64,000 bases of DNA, taken from positions 2,790,001-2,854,000 of the forward strand of contig CDRNST010000436.1 in NCBI GenBank assembly GCA_977016875.1. Reading direction: 5' to 3'. Origin of the DNA: Pavona decussata (lineage: Eukaryota). The notes below the pieces were generated by a model. It did no database searches. It was not told the origin of the DNA and saw only the letters and a list, made by a program, of their open reading frames with translations. The translations under genes and the position numbers were made by a program. Below are positions 1-12,500 of the stretch, in pieces (within the stretch, counting starts at the first letter, position 1; each line of letters opens with the position of its first letter).

Positions 1-3000
1 ATGGCTTATGGTTCAAAAGAAAACAGAGACGTAATACAGTATTGAACACTTCAAGTTGTAGTTACAGAAAGGGATGACTTGGTCGAATATTTAATTGTTA
101 TTGCTTTTGTTGTTTTTGTTTTATTTTATTTTTAACATCGGTCAAGACCATGCTAATTCTGTAGAAATGATTGATAAAATTGTCTTATTGTCGTAAACTA
201 TCCTTATTGAGTGAAGCTATCACTGTACCTGCATCGACCGTCCATTTAGTGTTATTTTAGTATCGTTTAAGGGGTCTCTATGGGAAACTAGGTCAAGGGG
301 AATATGTTGAAGGAATTACATATCTTTGTATTGCTATGGTAATCAGATATTCTTTCAGCCCTACCCTTCCCTGTTACGATCAAAGCCGCCACCAGACAGT
401 CCTAGATTGTCACGGGTTATTGAATATATTCCCACGAAAGGGACAAAGGAAACCAAGCCAAGTGAAAATAACAGTCGTTATTCACCTTCTGTGAACAAGA
501 GCTTTGTTTTCTTACTTCTGGTCTTCTTGCTTCGACCAATTATGGTCGAGCGCGCGATTTGAACCCGGAACAAATTGGCCGCTGCAACAACCCTTGTTTC
601 CTCCGTATCATCGGAATATGATGCAAACCTGACGGTAAGACTTTCTTTCTTGGCGTCAACTCCCTTGAAGTTTCCCTTCCTTTTCACTCAAGCTATAACG
701 CCCAATAAAGCCGGAAAGTACCTTTTTTTTCCTATCTCCGTTACCTTCTTTTTTTCTACATGGTGTGCCAAGACTACTCCCTGCATACCCCCTACGCTCT
801 ACTTATACTAGAAATAACCAAATGTTAGTGAGTGTGGGAGACAAGTATAAAAGGCGCGGCAGGTTAAGGTTAGTTGGAAGGTTATAAGAAGTGAACACAA
901 AATAGTATTCCTGGAAGGTCTATCGAAGTAAGGAAAGACAGTGCCTTTTAATTTATCCGTGTTTGCGCCATGCAAATTGGGTAACTAATGACGTGATCTG
1001 TAGTAAACGTAAACGTGATTGTGGGCACCATCTATGTGGTAATGCCATGGAAACACTGTTCCAGATTATTTTTTCAGAAATCCTGTTAGTGTTGTCCATT
1101 CCTTGTTCAGTAAAACACATCCAAACGTCTTAAAACAAGTGATAAATGCCATTCACACAGGTTTTTATTCACACTAATGTCTTTCAAAAAGGGAAATTGA
1201 CATTTGAGGGAAGAGACTGGAATTGCGAATTTTGATATGTGGTCATGAAACAGAAGGAAAAGGGACATCTATGTTTAATTTTATAATGTAGTAATTGAGA
1301 TGGATTCATAAAAAATTAAGATTCTACCATGCAACTAAAATTAAACGGAACATTTTCATTTCAAGGAAAGACGAATATAGCAATGCAATCATTTAATTTT
1401 TACAATCTTAATCTCAGCAGTAGCAAAGGTTTTTTTAAATTGTCTCTTACCCTTTGGGTCTGAATCAGAAACTTTGGTGACGGATGAGGTGTGAGCTTGA
1501 GTGATATGTTAACTGGATATTTTGCAGATCTAGCTGGTATAGTTTAAAATAAATTATGTGTCACTGTGAGTGACTTGTTGTGTAGCGAGCACAGTGGGTC
1601 CAGTTTGTGTGACCAAATTGGGTCGAACTATGGAAAACTGCCGATATTTGACAAACAAACTGGTCCAATGCTTGAGCAAAGTGGATCACTTCGAACGCAC
1701 ACAACAAAGTCGGCCTTTTTCAGTAGGGATTACCAAGACCCTGAGAAAGAATATTCCGGGATTACAAAAACAGATTACAATTCTCTTATAGTGGCTTTCA
1801 AAACAACGTAATTTCAACTGTTGTCAGATTTGATTCACTTCATTGATTTTGGCCTCCTCACATTAACATTCGCTTCTGTGAACATGCTCGTAGAACCGAC
1901 ATAATTTTTACGAGTCGTTTCCAAATTTGAACGCTGTTGTACTTATCACGTTTCTTTGAATCGACTGTGAGATTTTCGGGGAGTTTGCTATGACATTACG
2001 GAAGCTTCTATTGCCAGACGCGATTTTTATTTCTTTTCGGTGGATGTATCTTGAATTGAAGAAGGGAGTTGACACTGTTTTGTAATTATGCACTGGTAAT
2101 ATTGTTCCTGTGCAATCTATTGTGTACGCATTCTTTTGTTTCTGTCCTTGTGTGCATAGCGGTATATCAAAACATTTTACCGCCACAGGCTGTCATTCAG
2201 TTGCAGATGAGGTTTTTCGAGGCTGAAACGGACACTCGTCTTGTAAATTGAACTGCTGAAAGGTTTGACACTCTGCACTCTTACGAGACTCTACCATCTG
2301 TACATGAAACTTAATCATCTATATCTACTGGTAAAACAATCTTCAGGTAAGAAACAAATGCCGGACTTGATCAACTTCAAAAAAAGTTTAAAAAATTAAG
2401 TTTTGCAACCAATTAGTAGCTTTCGTTCGAATGGCCTCAACTTGGAGTGTAACTAACGACCTCAAAAATAAGAATTCCAAACTCGAGCATTGACTTCACT
2501 TGCGGATCCGTTGACCTTCGGCTGGTTCCACACGAGCAAAACTTCCTGAACAGACAATTTTTTGGCAATGTTTTTGCATTATTCGTGAGTAAAGGCGTGA
2601 ACTTGTTCAAACCTGGAACTACATTTTTTTAGAAGACTTGTCAAAGAAAAGCTTGACAACTTTTATCGAATACACGAGAATATAAAACTTGTCAAAAGCG
2701 GACTTGTAAAGGAACTCGCCTATTAATATTAGTCACATGCACATCATTGAACAATTTGCTTTGACTCTAACTGCTAACCAGTCCAATTTTAATTTAATTG
2801 ATATTAGGAACCACTGAAATAACCTAACAGGTTTGACTCTTAAAATGTTTTGACTGTCAGTGAGACGGGCAGTTAAGAATTTGAAAGTTGGCGCCAAATT
2901 ATTAATTCCGAGTAACGGTAGCTTTATGTTTGCTTTGACAAACACTCGATATATTTGCATTGTCTATCTTTAATCTTAGGTGCAAATTAATTCGACTTTG

Positions 3001-4047
3001 TTTAAAAAAAAGACAAAAACGAAATTAAAAAAAGAAAAGAAATATAAAACAAAACAAAACAAAGAAATAAAGAAAAAAAGCTTTCTGAAGAATCTAAACC
3101 GATCTCTCGGTCGAGTTGGCATGATTTATATGCTCATACATATTTAGACAACAGTTAAGACACCGGGACGAAGTGTTTAAACTAACTCAACCAAATTTAA
3201 TCCCATGTCTATCACCTAGTTGAGTTTTTGAAAACACGGTTAATGAAAACTTCAGCACTTTTGGTGCAAAAACGTGCAAACACGACCTTTTTTTTTTTGC
3301 TTTAAGACATAAATGACAAGAAAGAGATAAGAACGAAAAGAAGAGGAGGAGGAGACCTATTTTTTATTATTATTCTTTTTTTTTATTTTGCCGATCTTCG
3401 ATTGGGAATAAGTCTTGAACGTAACAAAACAATGTGCGCTTGTACTCTCACTGACACATTATTGGTTAGAGTACATATGTACAATGAATCGGGGTGCGTT
3501 GGGTTTGATTCACTCGGGGATCTGATTTTTCCGACATTTGTTTTGTTTCTATTTTTTTGTTTTTTTAAGGGTATATCAGAAAAATAATTTTTTCTTTACA
3601 TACAATACTACACAATCCGACCCGCAGGAAAAAGAAAAATTTACACATGCATGTACACCAACTCTGATCATTTCAGGTGGATAGCAATCTCATTCTCGGT
3701 GGTAAATATATTTTGGGCCGGGTTAACTGGCCAAAAACAGTTGAGTTCAAGGAACGGAAACGAGATCGAGTTTGTCTTGCCCATTGCGGTTGGTCAGCAG
3801 ACAAACATGGCGCCGAAAAAGCTGTCATTTTGTTTTGACTATTTAGTTTTACGTCCGCAGTTGAGTGATGTCATTCATGTGTTGTATTGGAGCACAACTT
3901 GCCCGTTTCTGAACAACTATAACATTTTTCAGATTTTACGGAACTATATCCCTGCTATTTTAAAAGAGAAGACTCTTAAACTTGGCCAAGATCAATTGTT
4001 TCGCGCTACCGGGCCTACATAAAAATTGCTGTGATAAGGAGAATGAC

Positions 4048-4197
4048 TAGCCTGCGACTATAGCCGCCTCTTATCGCTCCCGACCCCCGAGGGGCGTTTC
4101 GCGAGAGAGCCAGACGTCTGCGATTTCAATACCGCAGACGTATCTCTCGCGAAACGCCCTTTGGACGCCGGAAGTGATGAGAGGCAGATGCAGGCTA
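4048..4197. mobile_element. Non-autonomous Academ-like MITE
   Basis: TAGCCTGC...GCAGGCTA termini, internally palindromic. Flanked by an imperfect 9-bp direct repeat (gagaatgac / gaggatggc); TAG termini with a 9-10 bp TSD match the AcademH lineage. Confidence 0.55.
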
Positions 4198-4294
4198 GAG
4201 GATGGCCGATGTACCGAAATACACTGCTTACAGAGTTTTAATTTGTATTGCGTCATTGTTAGTTTCAGCCACATAAAGCAACTGTATAAATGAG

Positions 4295-4495
4295 GGGTTA
4301 GTTTCTAAAGAAACTGTGGTGCTGTGTCGGTGGGGAGTAAAAACGAATGATAATGATTGGTTTATCAACAATGTTGATAACTAAAGGAAATTTGGCCACC
4401 GTAAAGAGATTCGAGTGCTGACGTTTCGAGCACTCGAATCTCTTTACGGTGGCCAATTTCCCTTTAGTTATAAACTCTGTTGATAAACCAAACAT
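4295..4495. repeat. Inverted pair of Penelope-like retroelement terminal fragments
   Basis: ~63-bp arms (4357-4419 / 4429-4491) around the loop gacgtttcg. The same family (cactcgaatctcttta.ggtggccaa...ttgataaacc) recurs at ~29520-29610 and ~45685-45810. The Penelope assignment rests on the gctcgaaacgtcagc motif. Confidence 0.5.
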
Positions 4496-6099
4496 GATGC
4501 AACTACCTCAGCAGGTGCTATCCTCTATATCGTTTTTGCGGTACAGCTTTGATATGGATTACGTGCGCTTCATTATAACGAAGTTTAAAAAGTTAAAATC
4601 AATATTGGACATCTAAGTGTGCCGCTGATTATCTGTGGTAAGGACAATATTTACTCCTTATCGACTTAAAACACCCATTTAAAAAAATGAACTACTAAAA
4701 CAAGTCGTCGGGCACCTATACGAAAAGCTATATAACCACATTAATTGGGTTTAACGTTCTTCTTGAGAATTCAGCTCAATAAAACAGGGATTCAAATGAG
4801 CGGTTGCAACGAAACTAATATAAACTTTGGTATTAATATCACTTCTTCAATTGGAACCAATAATTAACAACGTGTCGGTCAGACATGCACGCACTATGAT
4901 AGTGATCAAGAATTGTTTAAAGTGGGTTTAAATGGCCAAAAAGAGGAAACTGACAAGTCACTCTCAGTATTATGTGGAGACCTATTAATGGCGGTATAGC
5001 TTTGATGGTTTGAATACGAGAAGTAGTATTTTTTTATAATAATAATAACAATCTTTTAATAGGATGCTCCATCACAAGAGTGGTTTACATAGAGGTCCTA
5101 TTACTAGATGTATATCCGCTAATAATCAGTTGTTTTCTATTGCATTTCGGATGGTTTGCCAGTAATCCTATGCACCTCTTGATAGTTGATGTTAAAGTAC
5201 AGAAAAAGCCACTGGTTTCAGGTAAGTACCTACTAATGCTCTTCATTTCGCTTCAACTAGTGTACCTGTAAAGTCTTTCAAAGTACGATTAACATAATCT
5301 GGTGTTTGTGTCAACTCGGAATTCAGATTTCAACTGTACTTGTCAACGAAGATTTATGATAAGCTGACGTTTTTTTTATTTCTCTCTCTCTCTCTCTCTC
5401 CCTCCCTGAAAAATCACAATCGAGCAAGGGGTTTTTTTTTTGTTGGTTTAGCGTTAATTACTATTATAATCGAGCAACAGGGAACAGACAATTTGAAAAC
5501 CCATTTGCACCGACATTCTCGTAGAACTGACAGTAAAAAATACTCCTTTCATCGCGATCATTTTGGGCGATTTGACAGGAATTCATTGTATCCTGCGTAA
5601 TAAAGGTCATTGTATTTATGGTAGGAAGAGTAACCAAGCATACTTGGTTTCAGAGCAAAAATACGTAATTTCTGAATATATGCCATTTTAGATTTATTCT
5701 CTATAATGTTTTCCATTTTTCAGACCAAAACTGCTCATTTTTTTTTTATTTCAAAGCAAAATAGTCAAAATCTATACCCCATTTCAGAGGAAAGACCCGG
5801 CGAAGAAACCATACCAATGCTTGTTCTGAGAGCCTTTACTTCTGGGAGCTCCAAAACGAAATCTGTGCTTCTGTTTCTCCACGAATATTAGGTCATTACT
5901 TAAAGCGAATTCTCGTACAAAATAGCAGTTTGACCGAAGTAATTCAATAACACACCTACGTAAAAGGATAGAAAGAAATGCTACCACTAATTAAAATTGT
6001 CTTTAATTCAGACTTTTTTTTTAACATTCTCATTCAATATGACGGCCCATGTCACGTACAGCATAAAATATTAAGCCTCGGGCTAGAAGTTGCGCTTAA

Positions 6100-7473
6100 A
6101 GGCCGAGTTTCACGGTCAAGCGCATGCGCGAGCAGACCGGCTCAAAAATAAATTGTACGGGTCGACACTAAATTCGATGCGAGCTTGTGGTGGAACAATC
6201 TGTTGAAATCGCGCCCGAAATTGGATCATCCGCTCTTCGTTCTTCACTTTTTATAATCTTTGTTTCCTGTTGTAAATACAAGTTCGATTTTTGTAAGGTT
6301 GAAAGTGTTTTAGTATCCGAAAACGACATTTTTGTCGATGGATCGGCAAGGAGACGTCGCGGCCGACCGGCGACGGGACGTTCTGTGGACTCTCTGGAAG
6401 CACAGAAGTTAAATCGGACAGAGTGGAGTGGATGTAGAAATCCTGTGTGGTTAACAAGATACGTCCACCAAACGTGGAAAATTGGTAAAGAGATAAGTCT
6501 GTTTAAAATAGACAACGATTTCGCGGCACATCTGCTTTCGCTGGAAATGGCAAAGGTCACCAACTGGCTTTGGATGAACTCGCGAGGATTTTCTAGATTT
6601 CAATCGTACTGTTTGTTCATATGGAAGTCAACTGTCAAAAACGGAGAATTCCACGGACAAACAGCATCAAACATCAGTGTTTTGCTTTGGATGGAAAAAA
6701 TTGTACAACACGAAGCGAATAAATATGAGATCAAATGTGCGAGTTAGTTGTAGTTGTCTATTAGCGGGCTCGAATAGCGGGCAGTAGAAAAAAATCCAAA
6801 AGATTTGCGGCAAACTACAAAATCTATTGTAAGGTATTCATTTATCTATCAAATTATGGTCATTGCGAATGGCAAACGCAGTTTTGATTTGCCACCATGG
6901 CAGAGTTTTCTCAAATGCATTCCAGCATCTCGGAAGGACACTCAGTGTTGTTGTTACTAAACGGTCGCATCGCTTCTTGAAGCTTGCGGATTTCTCGTTC
7001 TTCGCCTTCTCGCTGGTCTAACAAAATCAGGCCATCGAGCGTACACACTATAGTAAGTTTATCACTGAATGCTGATGAAATACTGGATTTAAGTACGAGA
7101 GTTTGAGGGAGCTTCTCGGCTTTTCGAACCGCGCGTGATAAAAAAAGGTCGATGCCGCGAGATATCGACATTGTACTAAAATAAAACCGTATACGTTCGC
7201 ATAAGTTCTGGCATTGCTTGAATGTCATGGGACATTCACGAAGCGGCGCTGCAAAAATCCCCTTGTGTTTTACATGGACAGCCTTTTTGTTTCTTTCTGA
7301 ACGGTGACCGAAACACTGGCCGGTCAGTTTTATTTTTATGCCAGCAAGTTATAAAGACTTGCCCGCCGTATCCCGCCGGTGTTGTGTACTCGCTTCTAAT
7401 TGGTCCAAAAACAATTAGCTTGACAGCGCTTACGTTATCGCTCGCACATGCGCCGAACCGTGAAACTCTCCCT
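6100..7473. mobile_element. TTAA-flanked DNA transposon derivative (Kolobok-like), internally deleted
   Basis: TTAA at 6096-6099 and 7474-7477. Imperfect ~35-bp TIRs: aggccgagtttcacggtcaagcgcatgcgcgagc vs reverse complement agggagagtttcacggttcggcgcatgtgcgagc. Purine (AG) termini plus TTAA are Kolobok-style. No transposase core visible. Confidence 0.65.
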
Positions 7474-7621
7474 TTAATACACTTACATCAGAGCATAACT
7501 ATCTCAGAGGGTGCGTAATTTCCTGTTATCACAACGCCGTCTTCCTGGGAAGTAAACAGATTGTGTCATCTGATACAATCTGAATTGATCAATGATAAAA
7601 ATAACTTCCTGGGTGTTTAGC

Positions 7622-7758
7622 TATATAAGATCTGCAATCTCTATCCGTCCTCACGATACATTCAACAAGAATTTGGAAAGGAAAAGCGCCACGTTGTCAA
7701 TCGAGACCCACTTACAGAAGCAACTCGACAATCTTCGCTCTCTTCGTTACTTTCTTGG
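7622..7758 (+). promoter_or_regulatory. Putative TATA box and non-coding first exon of ADAMTS-like gene 1
   Basis: TATATAA at 7622-7628, then a strong donor gg|gtaaga at 7758/7759. The ATG exon has its own acceptor at 9500, so an upstream UTR exon is needed. Confidence 0.45.
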
Positions 7759-9507
7759 GTAAGAAAACCAAATTTCCTTCGGCTCCTTTGTTTATCAAAA
7801 ATGCAGTTATAACTATTTCATTGTAGTTGTCTAATTTTGAAAGTATGGCTAACGCAGTTATTTTCTTCATCAGCTGGAGTTGCTAATTATTTTAACTGCA
7901 TAAGAGACGGACCGAAAACATGTAATAGTTTTTATTAACATTTTCTCTTGGAACAATGGTTCTTTACTTCGCTTTTTTCATACCATGAAAACCAAACAAA
8001 CAAACAAAATTATCCAACGATGGAGACCAATTGAACTCAAACTTTTGGTATAAATATGGCTACTAATTCGGGAGCTTGTCTCTTAAACCATACTCGAGCA
8101 AAGCCTTTAAATTAAGCAACTACAGGTGAAGAAGAGATGACTTAACTACAAAACATGGATTTTGAAAACTTTGCCATCTTCTTAGAAGTACTGCGGGCAC
8201 GAAAGTATTAGTTAGGGCAAGGGGTCTGTCCATGTTGTCGAAGAAAAGGAAAAATACTGAATAATTGAGGAGCTCGATATAAGAGCCACAGCTTATCACA
8301 AAAAGTCAACTAGCCGTAAATATCATAAATAATAAGACACGCTACAGCGTCAGTAATTTCCATTAGAACGGTTTGTTTTATTACGTTCTTAACACGAAAT
8401 TAAGGAAGTCCAGTATCAAGCTATAAAGTTCTTCAGCTCACTGGGCGAAAAGTGAATGCAGCTTTTCCGAGCGATAGCAATTTTCACTTAAAATTTTACG
8501 CATTTAATTTAAGTTGTGTAATTGCCTTTTCACTCAGTTATTCCAGGCGTGATTTTATGCGGTTTATGCCATTTTATGCGGTTCTGTGGGTAAGAAACCT
8601 CTAAGAACGCCGCAGCAGCTTCCTGGCTATGCAAACACAAAGCCACACCTACAAGCCACAGATACTAGGGTTGTGGTTGAGTCTGTAGTGAAATCGCTAT
8701 AGTGTAACCATTTAAATGAATTCAAAGTTGTTGTGCTGCTTATTATATTATTTTACCACACCTAAAACTATACAGAAATTAATACATTATTAATAAATAA
8801 AAAAAAGGTAGCAGCAAAAAGGAAAAGGAAGAATAAAGGATGATAACGGAGAGAGGGGGCGAAAAGGAAACCACGAAGCTTATACTAATTTTACGTTGCT
8901 GACGTGCTTTAAAAATCAAACGTGTTTTTTTCTTTTTGGTTATTATCATGTTCAAGGTAGTTCTAACCTTTGAGACTGTAGCTGAAATCCTAAAGTGTGA
9001 CCATTCAAATGAAAGCTACCGAGCAGTACTTTCCTAAAGTGCTGTTTATTACGCTGTACAAGGTAGTTATAACTTTCCAATCTGTGGATGAAATCTGCTT
9101 CTGAACAGTACTTTCCTGTGGTGCTGTTTGTTATACTGTGCAAAGTGGTTCTAACTGTTTGTTTTCCAATATTCAACAGAGTGAAATTTGGGATAAGATA
9201 AATTCTGATTTTGGGCACTCCCTAGAGTCACGGTTTCTGCATCGCAATCAATCCTGACAGTATAGCGACGGTAAGGTCTCACCGTCAGCAACCAAGAACA
9301 GATGACCCCCTCCCCATGAGGCTCCCAATAGCTATCGATTGACGTGCGAAAGGCCATTGGTTCGATTCTCACCGGAGACGGGAGAGACGGGTACTCAGAT
9401 TGACCCTTTGTCCCATGCTTGTTACTTGTTGAACACCGAAATCTTATTTTCTAGTCAACTGCTTTCCTAACAAACGTTCTTTTTTTATTATTTTTTTAAG
9501 CGGCGAG

Positions 9508-12500
9508 ATGAGCACCCTTAACTTGATCTGGACACTGTTATATTTAGCGTGGCAAATTCGTGGAGGTAATAATAACTTTTAATTACCGTAAATTGATTAT
9601 ATCAACATAGTATACCTGTATAACTAAAGTGCGTTAACCCGAGCCTTGTAAGTAGGCGATATAGACCGCCAGAAAATCACAATTTAGACTTTTCAGTCAT
9701 GTGCATATATAATAACAAATCTGTTATCTTCGATAGTTTTGTCCATTTTCAACAATTTAAATTATTCCTTTCAGGTGAAAGTCGTTTCATTGTTGGCAAG
9801 GTGAGATAAAAATTCTATTTGTAGAATGACTCATCAGTTTAGCAAAGTAAATACATATATTTTCATCAATATATTACACGTAATCAAGTAGTCAAGAAAA
9901 AAATTCCAAATATTTGAAAAGGAATGGCAAATTACATTTTCCACGGGTAGTTTAATTTCATTTACCGCTCCGAAATGTCAAAATTGAACTGGAATTTTGT
10001 AAATTGTTTTTCGGAGAAAACTGAAGAACCATTAAAATTTTAAAAAATTCAAGTTGACAGATTGGTTTAGAAAGAATCTGACAACTCTGTCTGTTTAAGA
10101 TATTCCTTTGTAAAAAATTCAAATCAGTTCCAAACAAAAAAAAAACCTATTGACCTCGCACAGTCTGAAATTTCAATGTTTCCAAACATCCATGATATCG
10201 ATTTAGTAATAGCGTGACAGATGGAAATAGACGAGACATTACAATATTGTAATAAATATCATAGGTAAAATAATGTCGAAATTTTTTAACTCCGCTCGCT
10301 GATTTGATCTTCGGAGGATTGGTTTTTAATGTTTAATATGCTTGATGTGGTCTTTTTACAGCCCCTTCACAATTTAATGACAAGAGAGGAAGTCAAACAC
10401 TTTCTTGGAACAGAGCATCCGTTCAATGGTATGATAATCATCTTTTTATAGATAATAACTTGAGCATAATAGTTTTAAAAAGTGACAAAATCACGTCTAT
10501 GTTTTAATTTATTTGCAAATCATTAATGCATATTCAGGAACCAACAGCCATTGAAGTTATTTTATAACACGATCCCCGAATACTTTTCCTCGAAAAACAT
10601 AAATCCAATTTTCAATAGCCCTACTCTATTTTTTAATGTTTTCTGAGTGATCTTCCATTTTGCCTAAGTTTCGGTCAGGAATTTTTTTCCAAAGTTGCAA
10701 TCCCATTGGTAGATCAAAAAACGTACGTGATGGTTGATATAGGACGGTACTCTCCCCCCCCCCCCCCCCCCTCCTCCTGTCCCCTGACTTGAGCCCAGTA
10801 AAACCTTGATCAGGTCAGGTCTGTTTTCATTCGGTGGATCATTCTAAACTGTGTCCGTTCAAATGAAAGCTACTAAGCATCAGTACTTTCTTGTGGAGCT
10901 AATTGTAATGTTGTATAAGAAAGCTCAAACGTTGAGTCTGTGGATAAAATCCTGAGGTGTGACCATTCAAGGATAAGTTTCCTATGGTGCTGTTTATTAC
11001 ATCGGAGGCCGTTTAAATCGAAGTTTGAATTTGAGCTAAATTAGGACCAGAGAAATTAACATTTCATGCATTTTAATTCAGTTCCTGAATACGATGTGGC
11101 ATTACCATACGCGGCAACCGAAGAAGGAAATTTCGCATCTTATTCGCTGAACCCTCACAGAATGAAACGAAGTCTTGAGGCGGATGAGAAAGATGATGCT
11201 ACGTACCATTACAAAATCCGCGCCTTGGGAGAACAGCTACATCTTCACGTCAAACGGAATACGAAGTTCATGGCACCAGGCCTCCAGCTGGAAACACGTG
11301 ACCAAGATGGCAGGAGAATCAGTAGGCCAATCACCAAGAGTGCCTACTTGACCGGGAAAGTTGTCTCGGATCCAGGATCTTTGGTTGCGTTGAGTGCCAA
11401 CGACGGAATAGTAAGATATTTTTAATCAAAATGACTCATTTTTCTCCCACTGAGTTGCAACCTCACGCGCATGTGCAGATGACTCACCAGTTGGATGTTC
11501 TAACTGAGCTACACTGACACTCTTAGCGAGCTTATCTTAGTCATTTTACTAGGTTTACAATTCCTGTGCATAGGGAATATGCCTTAGTCTACACTTGTAT
11601 TTAGTGCACACAATTAAGTTATAACAATATCGCAATATCAGGTTTGATATTTTAATACCATCCTTCTCTCCATCACCACACATGACGCTGGCACAATTGA
11701 TTGGATCATAGAAACACAAGAAGTGTCTGGCGGAGCAGGGATGGCACAGTGGTGAGAGCACTTGCCTCCCACCAATGTGGCCCGGGTTCGATTCCCAGAC
11801 TCGGCGTCATATGTGGGTTAAGTTTGTTGTTGGTTCTCGTCCTTGCTCCGAGGGTTTATCTCCGGGTTCTCCGGTTTTACTCCCTCCACAAAAACCAACA
11901 TTTCCAAATTCCAATTCGACCTGGAACGCACGGACACCTTTGAACGAGCTCCGAGAGCTCTTTGGTGTTTCGTGGTTAAATAAATTACATTTACATTTTA
12001 CCACAGATCAACCACATAAATGACCTCTAGCCGCCAGAAGACTCCATGTGGTTATATAACGGTTTATGTGTGCAGATGGTCATGAGTTCAAATTCCTTAC
12101 GAGTTTGACTGGGATTTTTGAATAAAACTAAGTTCATTTCTTATATGAACAGCGTCACAAATGCCATCTTCCTTTTCATTAACTCGTATTTTTTTTCCTG
12201 TGTTGTCAGACCGGTCTTGTGAAGAGGTCACATGACACTTTCGTTATTCATCCTTTGCCCGCACATCTGGCTCGGCACGTCACAAGCGATGAAAGAGCAA
12301 CGCCACATCTTGTTTACAAGAGATCAGAACAGCAACACGGTACACATCATACCGCCGACAAGGAAGCACGTAAGCAAAGATCATTGCAGCAATTGTAACT
12401 AAGTTTGATGGTGACTTGGCCGTGAGTTATCTTAGTTGGCGCACGTTCCAAGAGAAGCGCAGGAACCACTCTTGAACCAGTTGACAAGTGTATCAATGGG

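Noticed and set aside
326-2346. Short ORFs, a TATAAAAG at ~847 and a donor at 2346 suggesting a third gene
   Set aside because: No recognisable protein motif or phase-consistent exon chain could be built. A non-coding or very distant UTR exon cannot be excluded.
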